64,000 nt of DNA from Chloroflexota bacterium (GTDB lineage Bacteria > Chloroflexota > UBA11872 > VXOZ01). The stretch's first letter is position 1. Every line of letters starts with the position of its first letter. The stretch is from positions 352,001-416,000 of the forward strand of contig OZ219802.1 in assembly GCA_964291655.2 (NCBI GenBank), read 5' to 3'. Of this stretch, positions 31,604-40,248 are shown one piece after another. A program made the position numbers and the translations under genes. The notes beneath the pieces are model-generated. The model was given only the letters and a program-made list of their open reading frames with translations. It ran no database searches and was not told the DNA's origin.

Positions 31604-32032
31604 CTAAAGGGGTTGTCTGCCTGCAAAGCCGGTATGCAATTCATGCCAGAAGCGTATGTCGTCCTCCCCCTGCTTCCAGCAAAGATAAATGACCCGTCCA
31701 TCGCGCTCCGCGGGGAAGTCCACCAGACCTTGCTCAACGTCCTTCAGCACTGCGCCCGTTCCCACGATCTCCTTGATCAAAGACTCGGCCTCATCGCGCA
31801 AGGCTTGGATTTCGCGCAAGTGCGGCAAAGACGATGCGGACTTCGACCTGGGATGTCCGTTGCTGCGCTGCAGCGAGGCAGGATATTCCTCTCCCTCGGC
31901 ATACTGTCTGAATTGAGCGTAGATCTCTTGTAGACGGGCGATAGCTTCGCTCACGCGCGGCAAGATGGCATTGGCTTCTTGCAGCGTAAAGAGCTTGAGC
32001 GGCGGCTCGGAGGGTGTCTCTTGAAACGACAT
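31604..32032 (-). CDS. DUF2203 family protein
   Basis: FTL.EAN..LP, KD...GLVDFP, LCW..GE..I..WH....GFAGR.PL. Confidence 0.85.
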   Translation of the reverse strand: MSFQETPSEPPLKLFTLQEANAILPRVSEAIARLQEIYAQFRQYAEGEEYPASLQRSNGHPRSKSASSLPHLREIQALRDEAESLIKEIVGTGAVLKDVEQGLVDFPAERDGRVIYLCWKQGEDDIRFWHELHTGFAGRQPL

Positions 32033-32162
32033 TGACAAAGGGAGGGAATTGCAAACACTAAAGGGGACGCCTACTATCGTTGCATAGCGACTCGTCAAGG
32101 TCAAGGCTGCTACTCTTACTACGAACCTTGTTAGTCTGTCGTACGATTGCTAGAATCCAACC

Positions 32163-33458
32163 ATGGACCGCATCACCCTTGAGAACTTCCGCTGTTTCCG
32201 AGAGAAGCAATCAGCGCGTTTGGCCCCGCTGACCCTTCTTGTTGGCAACAATAGTACGGGAAAGACATCTTTCTTGGCGCTAGTCCGCGCGTTATGGGAC
32301 ACCGCCTTCTTGGACAGAGTACCGGACTTTCGAGAGGATCCATTCGACCTTGGTACGTTTCAAGACATCGCTCACAATCGCGGCGGTAGAGGTAGCCAAG
32401 CAACATCTTTCGATGCAGGATTCAACTACAGAGAAAAACAAACTCCAATCAAGACAAAAAGAGGCATTTCATTTCACGTCTCATTTATTGAACGCAATTC
32501 TGTCCCCTATCCGATCATGCACTCCATCACCGGGAACAATGTAGAGTTCCAAGCAGCCAAGCAGGAGGATGGGAGCTACCTCCTGCGTCTTGGCGCACCT
32601 GATTCCAGTAGAGAGGTAGCTGTAGACCACGGAATATTCTTGCAAGATGAAATGTTCGTATTTCCTCTAAAGCATTTAATTTCAGAATTCGCTAGACGTG
32701 ACAGAGGCGATGAGCTAAAGGAATTGACCGAAATCCTACATGAGTCATTGAGTTCAGTAATCGAAGGAAAACGACCTGTTGCGAGTGCACCGATCCGTTC
32801 GCGCCCACGCCGTACGTACGATCCATCTCGCCCTACAAGGGATCCTGAAGGTGAATACGTGCCCACATTTCTAGCAAGCATCTCTGGCCGTAAAAAGAAA
32901 GACTGGATAGTTCTTCGAGACGCGCTCGAAGAATTCGGGCGAGAATCAGGACTGTTTGATGAGATTGACATTAAGCTACTTGGCAAGACTGAAGGATCAC
33001 CATTCCAAGTTCAAGTTCGAAAGTTTGGCGGACGATTGAAAGGCGTCAAGCGCAATCTTATAGACGTTGGCTACGGCGTGAGCCAAGCGTTGCCGCTACT
33101 TACCGAGCTACTTCGTGAAGATGCGTCTTCCATGTACTTGATGCAACAACCAGAAGTTCACCTCCATCCCAGCGCCCAAGCCGCCCTCGGCAGCCTATTT
33201 TGCAAACTTGCCGGCTCGGAATTTCAACTCATTGTAGAGACTCACAGCAACTATATCCTTGACCGCGTCCGCATGGATGTTCGCGACAAGAAGACAGATC
33301 TCAAACCGGAAGACGTTTCGATCCTCTTCTTCGAAGCCGGCGAGCTTGACGTCACCATTCATTCACTGCGTCTGGACCAAGAAGGCAATGTCCTGGATGC
33401 GCCGCCGGGATACGGGCAGTTTTTCATGGATGAAACACGACGCTCTATCGGAATCTAA
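32163..33458 (+). CDS. ABC-type/AAA_21-like ATPase (DUF3696-like C-terminus)
   Basis: ITLENFRCF, GNNSTGKT, DVGYGVSQ.LP, QQPEVHLHP, IVETHS. Confidence 0.85.
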   Translation: MDRITLENFRCFREKQSARLAPLTLLVGNNSTGKTSFLALVRALWDTAFLDRVPDFREDPFDLGTFQDIAHNRGGRGSQATSFDAGFNYREKQTPIKTKRGISFHVSFIERNSVPYPIMHSITGNNVEFQAAKQEDGSYLLRLGAPDSSREVAVDHGIFLQDEMFVFPLKHLISEFARRDRGDELKELTEILHESLSSVIEGKRPVASAPIRSRPRRTYDPSRPTRDPEGEYVPTFLASISGRKKKDWIVLRDALEEFGRESGLFDEIDIKLLGKTEGSPFQVQVRKFGGRLKGVKRNLIDVGYGVSQALPLLTELLREDASSMYLMQQPEVHLHPSAQAALGSLFCKLAGSEFQLIVETHSNYILDRVRMDVRDKKTDLKPEDVSILFFEAGELDVTIHSLRLDQEGNVLDAPPGYGQFFMDETRRSIGI

Positions 33459-33929
33459 ATGTGTACGATTATCGACGCTAACGTGAGAGACCAGGTCTTT
33501 GGTGACAGCCGACCGAAAGCGGGGGAATACCTTTTCGACCAGCTAAACAGTGATATGAAGAATCTGAAGCTTGTCGTAGGCGGCAAGCTCCTGCAGGAAC
33601 TTAGCCAGTCTACGGCATTTAATACTTGGCTTCAGACTGCACTTCAGTTTGGTAGGGCACAACGGGTTCCTGACGAAGAGGTGGAAATCGCGGCCAAAGA
33701 GTTGCAGCAAAAACAGATCTGCACATCCGACGATGAGCACGTGGTTGCTCTCGCGGAAGTAAGCGGAGCACGCTTACTGTTTACAAACGACAAGCCCCTG
33801 CAGAAAGACTTTGGCAATCGACAGATTCTTGGAGGCATCCAAGGGAAAGTCTACACGACTGTGAAGTACGAACACGTCACAAGTACGCATAAGGCACTTC
33901 TCAGACGTACCGACCTTTGTGGCACTTAG
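33459..33929 (+). CDS. PIN-domain-like protein
   Basis: IIDANV, SDDEHVVALA, LFTND acidic PIN-like motifs; ATG directly follows the ATPase stop. Confidence 0.7.
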   Translation: MCTIIDANVRDQVFGDSRPKAGEYLFDQLNSDMKNLKLVVGGKLLQELSQSTAFNTWLQTALQFGRAQRVPDEEVEIAAKELQQKQICTSDDEHVVALAEVSGARLLFTNDKPLQKDFGNRQILGGIQGKVYTTVKYEHVTSTHKALLRRTDLCGT

Positions 33930-34000
33930 TGCCAAGCGATGAACAGGCGCTTGTTATCATCAAGACGAGAACAGTAAACATCTAGGGAAACAGCTTAACC

Positions 34001-34813
34001 GTGAAACGCATTCAGCAAAGAATCTACGAACTTCTGGAGGTCGCCCACCCTGACGACACCGCCAGCCGTTTCACCGACCTCTTTCTCTTTATATTGATTG
34101 CCCTCAACGTCATCGCGGTGATTGTGGAGACCGTTGATGACGTGAAGACTCAATACGCTACCGTCTTCCTGTACTTCGAGGTCTTCTCGGTCGCGGTGTT
34201 TACGGTGGAATATGTGTTGCGCCTATGGACGTGTGTCACGGACCGCAAGTATGCCCAACCAGTCTTAGGACGCCTCCGCTTTGCCGGTTCGTGGCATGCC
34301 GTAATCGATCTGTTGGCAGTTTTGCCGTTCTTTCTCCCGATGTTCCTGCCCATTGACTTACGAATCTTGCGTGCCCTGCGCTTCTTCCGCCTCCTGCGTT
34401 TCTTGAAGCTGAGCCGCTATTCCGAATCGATGCGCATTTTTGGCAAAGTCCTGCGCAGCGAACGTGCCGAATTGATGGTGGCGCTCTTCGTCGCAGGCGT
34501 GCTGCTCATCATCGGCTCCAGCTTCCTCTATCTTGTGGAACACGATGCGCAGCCGGACGTGTTTTCCAGCATTCCGGCAGCCATGTGGTGGGGCGTAGCA
34601 ACCCTCACGACCGTCGGCTATGGTGACGTGTACCCTGTGACCCCGATTGGCCGCTTTCTCGGCGCGATCGTGGCCATCATGGGTGTAGGCATGTTCGCCC
34701 TGCCAGCCGGTATCCTGGCATCCGGCTTCGCGCGAGAAATGGGGAAACGTCGTGCAGAGCCGGAAGTCTGCCCTCACTGTGGCGAACCCATCCACGAAGC
34801 TGAAACAGAATAG
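34001..34813 (+). CDS. Voltage-gated potassium channel / ion transporter
   Basis: Arg-rich S4 (LRILRALRFFRLLR) and TTVGYGD selectivity filter. Confidence 0.93.
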   Translation: MKRIQQRIYELLEVAHPDDTASRFTDLFLFILIALNVIAVIVETVDDVKTQYATVFLYFEVFSVAVFTVEYVLRLWTCVTDRKYAQPVLGRLRFAGSWHAVIDLLAVLPFFLPMFLPIDLRILRALRFFRLLRFLKLSRYSESMRIFGKVLRSERAELMVALFVAGVLLIIGSSFLYLVEHDAQPDVFSSIPAAMWWGVATLTTVGYGDVYPVTPIGRFLGAIVAIMGVGMFALPAGILASGFAREMGKRRAEPEVCPHCGEPIHEAETE

Positions 34814-34968
34814 AACGCTTGAGGATTTGCCCGACGTACTGTTGCTAGCATCAAGCGCGAAATTGGTACTAGACTTTCATAGATTTCCCACCGCCACACG
34901 GCGCAGGTGCTAACGCGTCCGTACGGGATTCAGGGCAAACGGATAGAGCTAGGCATCAATGCCAGTTT

Positions 34969-35499
34969 TCAGTCTTCTACGTATTCACCGCGTGCCACCA
35001 AGTACTCCCGCGCGTAGCCCAAGTATGTTTCCGCGTTGCTATAAATGCGTTCAATCTCCTGCTCGGTAACCTCGCGCAGCACTTTGCCCGGGACACCAAG
35101 AATCAGCGATCGCGGCGCGAACTCTTTCCCCTCCGCGAGCACTGCTCCCGCGCCGACGATGCTTTCCGGTCCCACAGTTGCACCGTTGAGCAGCAGCGCG
35201 CCCATGCCGACGATGCAGTGGTTGCCCACACTCGCTCCGTGAATGACGGCGGTGTGACCTGTCGTGACGTGCGACCCAACCGTAGATGGAAAGTTGTGGT
35301 CGGTGTGCACGACGCAATTCTCTTGAATGCTGGTGTGCGAGCCAATGACAATCGGCGCAAAGTCGCCGCGCAACACGGCTCCATACCACACGCTGGCATA
35401 GTCGTGGATCTCCACGTCGCCAATGACGTAGGCGTTCTCCGCAATGAACACGTTCTTGCCAACACGGGGCATCACACCCTTGTATGACAGCAGTGGCAC
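34969..35499 (-). CDS. Gamma carbonic anhydrase family protein
   Basis: IGDV, LRGD, IQENCVVH, GH..V.HG hexapeptide repeats. Confidence 0.9.
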   Translation of the reverse strand: MPLLSYKGVMPRVGKNVFIAENAYVIGDVEIHDYASVWYGAVLRGDFAPIVIGSHTSIQENCVVHTDHNFPSTVGSHVTTGHTAVIHGASVGNHCIVGMGALLLNGATVGPESIVGAGAVLAEGKEFAPRSLILGVPGKVLREVTEQEIERIYSNAETYLGYAREYLVARGEYVED

Positions 35500-35700
35500 T
35501 GTTCAATTCCTCTCTCGTATTCGCTTCAGATCTGGCTGTTACTCGAATGGACAATATCCTGGATCTTGTACGCCTTTGCAGCACATCGTCACTGCCCATC
35601 ATAGCATTCGCTCTCAAACGCACGAGAGAGTCTACTCGTTGGAGAGTGTGGTTAGATCCAAGTCCGAAGCCGGCATGCCACTTCCCACTGGCGATATTCT

Positions 35701-35872
35701 CTCCTATCCGGTACCGGGTAGGAGAAGAGGGGTGCCTCTCCTTGGAGAGAGGACCGAAGAGAGCGGCAGCCTGCACCGCACCAGCCCAATTTCACCTGAG
35801 TGTCAGAGATCCCCAGTGCTCGCTTCATACCCCGAAATGGAGGTCTCCTTCTGAAGAGGGACTGGGTGAGGG
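35701..35872. repeat. Cluster of degenerate palindromic repeats
   Basis: CTCCTATCCGGTACCGGGTAGGAG hairpin, CCTCTCCTTGGAGAGAGG, and GAGGGACTGGGTGAGGG; the last two resemble the REP-like unit at 38934 and 57463. Confidence 0.5.
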
Positions 35873-36044
35873 AATAACACTTGCCTACCGCGGAATGTCC
35901 GAGGGATTGGTAGCGAATGCGAGACCGCAGTTACAACATGACAAGGCTCTGTGGCAAGTCACGACATACGTGTACGAATACTAATGCCTATGCTATGGTG
36001 ATATAAATTGCACATGAGATAACTGAGACAAGGAGATTGAAATA

Positions 36045-37493
36045 ATGGCGGTTTCAACAGAACCGAAGCACTTCGGACTGCTCATTGACGGAGAGTGGAT
36101 CGAACGACGCGACGGCAAGGTGTTAGAGGTACGCAGCCCCAATGACGGTCAGGTATTTGCCACACTGCCGGAGGCGACGCAAGCGGATTTAGACGCGGCA
36201 ATCGAGGCGGCGCAACGCGCCTTCGACAAACAAGAGCTTTCAGCCTACCAGCGCTACGAAATTCTCTACAAAGCGTCTCAGCTTCTTACGGAGCGCGTCG
36301 AAGATATCGCCTTCCACATGAGCATGGAGGGCGGTAAGCCGATCAAAGAGGCGAGGATGGAGGTAGCGCGCGCAGCCAGCACGATTCTCGTTGCAGCCGA
36401 AGAGGCCAAGCGTATCCACGGCGAGCAGATTCCGGTGGAGGCTGCCGTGGGCTCGGAGAAGCGCCTGGCGTTCACGTTGCGCCAGCCCATCGGCGTAATC
36501 TGCTGCATCTCGCCCTTCAACTTTCCCGCCATTCTCGTTGCGCACAAGATCGCGCCGGCGATTGCTGCCGGCAATACCGTGGTACTCAAGCCCGCCAGCG
36601 CCACGCCGGTCACGGCGGCGAAGATTTGCCAGGCGTTCCTCGATGCCGGGCTGCCGGCGGGTCACCTCAACCTGGTGGTCGGTGGCGGCGCAACTGTCGG
36701 CGAATGGCTGATTCAGGACGAGCGCTTCGCCATGTATTCGTTCACCGGCTCACCGGAGGTCGGCAGACATCTGCGCAATAGCATCGGTCTCCGCCGCGCC
36801 ACGCTGGAATTGGGCGCCAACTCACCCGTGATCGTGGACAAGACTGCTGACGTGCAGGCAGCCGCGGAAGGTGTGGCCCAAGGCGGCTACATGAACGCCG
36901 GTCAGGTGTGCACATCCGCCCAGCGCATCCTGGTACATCGCGACGTCGAAGCGGAGTTCATCGCAGCATTGGTGCCGCACGTTGAGAAGATGCACGTTGG
37001 GCCATCCTTCGAAGACAGTACCGATGTTGGCCCCATGGTCACATTGAGCGCCGCCGAGCGCGTGGAAGCGTGGTTCAAGGAAGCGGCTGCAGACGGCGCG
37101 AACGTGCTCTGCGGCGGCGAGCGCGATGGGCAGTTCGTTACGCCTGCCGTGCTGAGTGGCGTGCGCTCTGATATGCGCATTTTCAAGGAAGAACTATTCG
37201 GTCCCGCGGTCACCGTGACAGTATTCGACGACATCGACGAGGCGATTGCCCTGGCGAACGAATCGCGCTACGGGCTGCAGGGCGGCATCTTCACCAATGA
37301 CCTGGAGACCGCCTGGAAAGCCGCCAAGCAGGTGCACATCGGCGCACTCATGATCAACGATACCTCACGCTACCGCGCCGACCAGATGCCGTTCGGCGGC
37401 GTGAAAGAAAGCGGCATGGGTCGCGAGGGTCCCAAATTCGTCATCGAAGAGATGACCGACCTGAAGCTGGTGGTCTTCAACCTGCAAGGATAG
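36045..37493 (+). CDS. Aldehyde dehydrogenase family protein
   Basis: SPFNFP, FTGS, LELGAN, GQVC, EELFGP, PFGGVKESG. Confidence 0.95.
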   Translation: MAVSTEPKHFGLLIDGEWIERRDGKVLEVRSPNDGQVFATLPEATQADLDAAIEAAQRAFDKQELSAYQRYEILYKASQLLTERVEDIAFHMSMEGGKPIKEARMEVARAASTILVAAEEAKRIHGEQIPVEAAVGSEKRLAFTLRQPIGVICCISPFNFPAILVAHKIAPAIAAGNTVVLKPASATPVTAAKICQAFLDAGLPAGHLNLVVGGGATVGEWLIQDERFAMYSFTGSPEVGRHLRNSIGLRRATLELGANSPVIVDKTADVQAAAEGVAQGGYMNAGQVCTSAQRILVHRDVEAEFIAALVPHVEKMHVGPSFEDSTDVGPMVTLSAAERVEAWFKEAAADGANVLCGGERDGQFVTPAVLSGVRSDMRIFKEELFGPAVTVTVFDDIDEAIALANESRYGLQGGIFTNDLETAWKAAKQVHIGALMINDTSRYRADQMPFGGVKESGMGREGPKFVIEEMTDLKLVVFNLQG

Positions 37494-37576
37494 GCTGTGT
37501 GCCTGCGCACTCAGTGACAGCCAACGAACGAGCTTGGTTGACCTCGAGTGAGGCGATCCCGACGAGGCTGTCTTCA

Positions 37577-37684
37577 GTAGCGCGGGGGCTTGTCCCCCGC
37601 CTGCTTGGAGGCTGCTTCGTAGCATTAGAGTTAGACCCTTTCGGTCCGGATGCATAGCCGTAGCGCGGGGGCTTGTCCCCCGCC
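37577..37684. repeat. Two identical GTAG-type REP-like repeats
   Basis: GTAGCGCGGGGGCTTGTCCCCCGCC at 37577 and 37660. Confidence 0.8.
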
Positions 37685-37826
37685 CCTTGGTATTGGCGAC
37701 CCTACGGATTCACTCACGTGATCGCACTTTGGTCGAAAGTGCTAAGGACCAAGCGTGATGCACAGAAGAGGCACTCTGAGATACTCCTACACACTCAGCC
37801 TAAGCGATACTAGGTAAGCAATCATC

Positions 37827-39452
37827 ATGCCCAAAGACCGCATGCTCAGCGTAGAAGAAGCGTTCGCGCGCATCGTCTCCCAGTTCTCCGTACTTGAAAC
37901 GGAGACAGTGCCCCTAATGGACACGCTCGGCCGCGTGCTGGCGGAGGACGTGGTGAGCGCCGAAGACGTTCCGGCTTTCGATAACTCGGCAATGGACGGC
38001 TACGCCGTGCGCTTTGCCGACACCAAGGCGGCGAGCGAGGCGCAGCCGGTACCCTTGCGCGTGGTTGGCGACCTGGCCGCCGGTTCAGTTCCTTCTAACC
38101 CACTGGGGGCTGGCGAGGCCGTGCGCATCATGACCGGCGCGCCGGTACCGCCGGGGAGCGACGCTGTGGTGCCGTTTGAGGATACCGACCGCACCGACTG
38201 GGCGAAATTCGGCACGCCCCCCGGCGCAAGCGGCGATCCTGCCACCGTCGGCATCCTGCTGGCGCCGGAGTACCAGGACAACGTGCGTTTTCGCGCGGAA
38301 GACATCAAAGCCGACGAGACCGTGCTCTTGCAAGGACAACGCCTGCGTCCTGCCGAAATTGGTGTGATGGCCTCTTTGGGAAAGTCACAGGTCGCAGTCT
38401 ACCGGCGGCCCGTGGTGGCCGTGATCCCCACCGGTGACGAGGTGATCGAGATTGACCAGCCTTTGCAGCCGGGGCAAGTGCGCAATAGCGCGGCCCACGC
38501 CTTGGAAGCGCTTGTCACTCGCTATGGCGGCATTCCTCGACGACTGCCCGTGGTCGGTGACACAGTTGAAGAGACCCGCGCGGCGCTGCTCTCCTGCCTC
38601 GATTGTGACCTGATCGTGACGATCGGCGGGGTCTCCATGGGCGACTATGACCTCGTGCGCAACGTGCTGGGCGCGGAAGGCGAAATAGATTTCTGGCGCA
38701 TCCGCATGCGCCCCGGCAAGCCGTTGGCTTTCGGACACATTGAGGGACCAGCACGTGCCGCTGATGCCAGCGCACGACCAGATAGAGTAGCGGACACCTC
38801 CGTCATTCCGGCGCAAGCCGGAATCCAGTCTTCGCCCTGCTCACCAGAAGACCCGGTCGCATCCGTCAAGCCCACGAGCGCAACCGAAGAGTATGCAGGT
38901 ACGTCCGACACTCCCGCGCAATCGGGAATACTTCCCTCTCCTGGGGGAGAGGGTCAGAGTGAGGGGGCATTTCCCGCGGAGGTTTCTGGTCCCATCACTC
39001 CCGCGAATGCCTCAGATTCCGTCATTCCCGCAATTGTCTCTGATTCTGTCATTCCCGCGAAAGCGGGAATCCATCTTACTTCCGATGCTCCCAGCCGCCG
39101 CGTCCCCGTGGTCGGCCTGCCCGGCAATCCGGTCTCGGCTTATGTCACCTTCGAGGAATTCGTCCGCCCGGCGCTGCTCGTCATGCAGGGCCACACACAC
39201 CTGCACAAGACCACCGTCACGGCCCGCTTCCTCGACAGCATGGAAAACCACGGCCGCCGCCAGTTCGTGCGCGTGATCGTCGAGCGCGACGACCACGGCT
39301 ACACCGCGCGTCTCACCGGCGAGCAGGGCTCGCAGCTTCTCACGTCCCTCGCCAAAGCCAACGGCCTCGCCATCATCTCCGAGCACACCACTTATGTCGA
39401 GCCCGGCAGCGACGTCACCGTGCAGATGCTCGACTGGCCGGAAGAGGCGTGA
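37827..39452 (+). CDS. moeA: Molybdopterin molybdotransferase MoeA with a ~120-aa in-frame repeat-derived insertion
   Basis: SAMDGYA, IMTGAP.P, TGDE, GGVSMGDYD, RPGKP...GLPGNP, QGS..L..LAKANGL. Confidence 0.92.
   Translation: MPKDRMLSVEEAFARIVSQFSVLETETVPLMDTLGRVLAEDVVSAEDVPAFDNSAMDGYAVRFADTKAASEAQPVPLRVVGDLAAGSVPSNPLGAGEAVRIMTGAPVPPGSDAVVPFEDTDRTDWAKFGTPPGASGDPATVGILLAPEYQDNVRFRAEDIKADETVLLQGQRLRPAEIGVMASLGKSQVAVYRRPVVAVIPTGDEVIEIDQPLQPGQVRNSAAHALEALVTRYGGIPRRLPVVGDTVEETRAALLSCLDCDLIVTIGGVSMGDYDLVRNVLGAEGEIDFWRIRMRPGKPLAFGHIEGPARAADASARPDRVADTSVIPAQAGIQSSPCSPEDPVASVKPTSATEEYAGTSDTPAQSGILPSPGGEGQSEGAFPAEVSGPITPANASDSVIPAIVSDSVIPAKAGIHLTSDAPSRRVPVVGLPGNPVSAYVTFEEFVRPALLVMQGHTHLHKTTVTARFLDSMENHGRRQFVRVIVERDDHGYTARLTGEQGSQLLTSLAKANGLAIISEHTTYVEPGSDVTVQMLDWPEEA
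38802..39073. repeat. Intragenic stack of palindromic elements (GTCATTCCCGCG..CGGGAATC family plus one CCCTCTCC..GGAGAGGG unit)
   Basis: Full copies at 38802-38828 and 39048-39073, partial copies between them, REP-like unit at 38934-38967. Confidence 0.85.
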
Positions 39453-39594
39453 CAATGCAAGAGTGGGAGTGTTCCATCGCGCAATCGTACAAGTATCAAA
39501 ACTCTATGGAAGCTTTCTCCCCCGGCAATTGTCTCCAAGTCTGCCATTTGGTACACTTGGTTTAGGCTATTGAAGGCCTCCCGAAAGAAGGAGC

Positions 39595-39843
39595 ATGGCG
39601 TTGGCAGTTTTCGATACACACAAGGCCTATGAGGCGCTTACGGCGGGAGGATTCACGGATTCTCAGGCAAAGACATTACTGGATACCCTCGGTGATTCCA
39701 ACGAGGCGCTTGCCACCAAAACAGACATAGGCACGGTAAAGACCGACCTTCGCGAACTAGAATTGCGTATGAGATTGCATCTCTATGGCGTAGCCATCGT
39801 AGTCATTGGCGTCTTAGCCGCCTTGGAACTGCTGCCTCGGTAG
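39595..39843 (+). CDS. DUF1640/CCDC90-like coiled-coil protein with C-terminal TM
   Basis: FDTH....L..GGF...QA, LATK.D, C-terminal TM; AAGGAG RBS. Confidence 0.7.
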   Translation: MALAVFDTHKAYEALTAGGFTDSQAKTLLDTLGDSNEALATKTDIGTVKTDLRELELRMRLHLYGVAIVVIGVLAALELLPR

Positions 39844-40048
39844 ACTCACTCCAGCGAATTCGTCGAGATGCCTGTCACCTGCTAGCGATTGTCCCTTGTC
39901 CGCTGCTCTGCTACACTCTACCCAACAATGCGGGGCAATGTCATTTGATGCAGATTTGCACTCCACTTAGCGGTGTCGTTCTGGACAATGCCGATGATTG
40001 AACTTGAGTCACCGCTACTCTAGCCCGCGTCGCCAGAGGAAGCCACAC

Positions 40049-40210
40049 ATGTTGATCCAGTGGATGTCGACGCTCAGCACCGTGGACACCATGCTCTTCT
40101 TCATCTCGCTCGTCGTGATCTTCCTCATGCTCGCCATCCCCTTCGCCCTGCTCTTCTCCGTCGCCATCATCGACGAAATCCTCTCCAACCGCTTCAGCAG
40201 CCTGGATTAG
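40049..40210 (+). CDS. Small hydrophobic membrane protein (53 aa)
   Basis: GAGGA RBS, strong C-ending codon bias, long hydrophobic stretch. Confidence 0.55.
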   Translation: MLIQWMSTLSTVDTMLFFISLVVIFLMLAIPFALLFSVAIIDEILSNRFSSLD

Positions 40211-40248
40211 CCCGTCGCTTGCCTCTTGGCTGCCTAGCTCCAATCCAT

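Noticed and set aside
35444-35984. Plus-strand ORFs in the gamma-CA/ALDH intergenic region
   Set aside because: They overlap degenerate repeats and have no recognisable motifs or RBS.
37577-37684. Possible mini CRISPR array (two identical 25-bp repeats)
   Set aside because: Only two copies, a 58-bp spacer, GTAG-REP architecture and no cas genes.
37715-37826. Possible Moco riboswitch or CIRCE element upstream of moeA
   Set aside because: The GCACT...AGTGC spacing is shorter than CIRCE, and the conserved Moco RNA elements are not recognisable.
38745-39101. Intein in MoeA
   Set aside because: No N-terminal Cys/Ser block or C-terminal His-Asn; the insert is explained by DNA palindromes.
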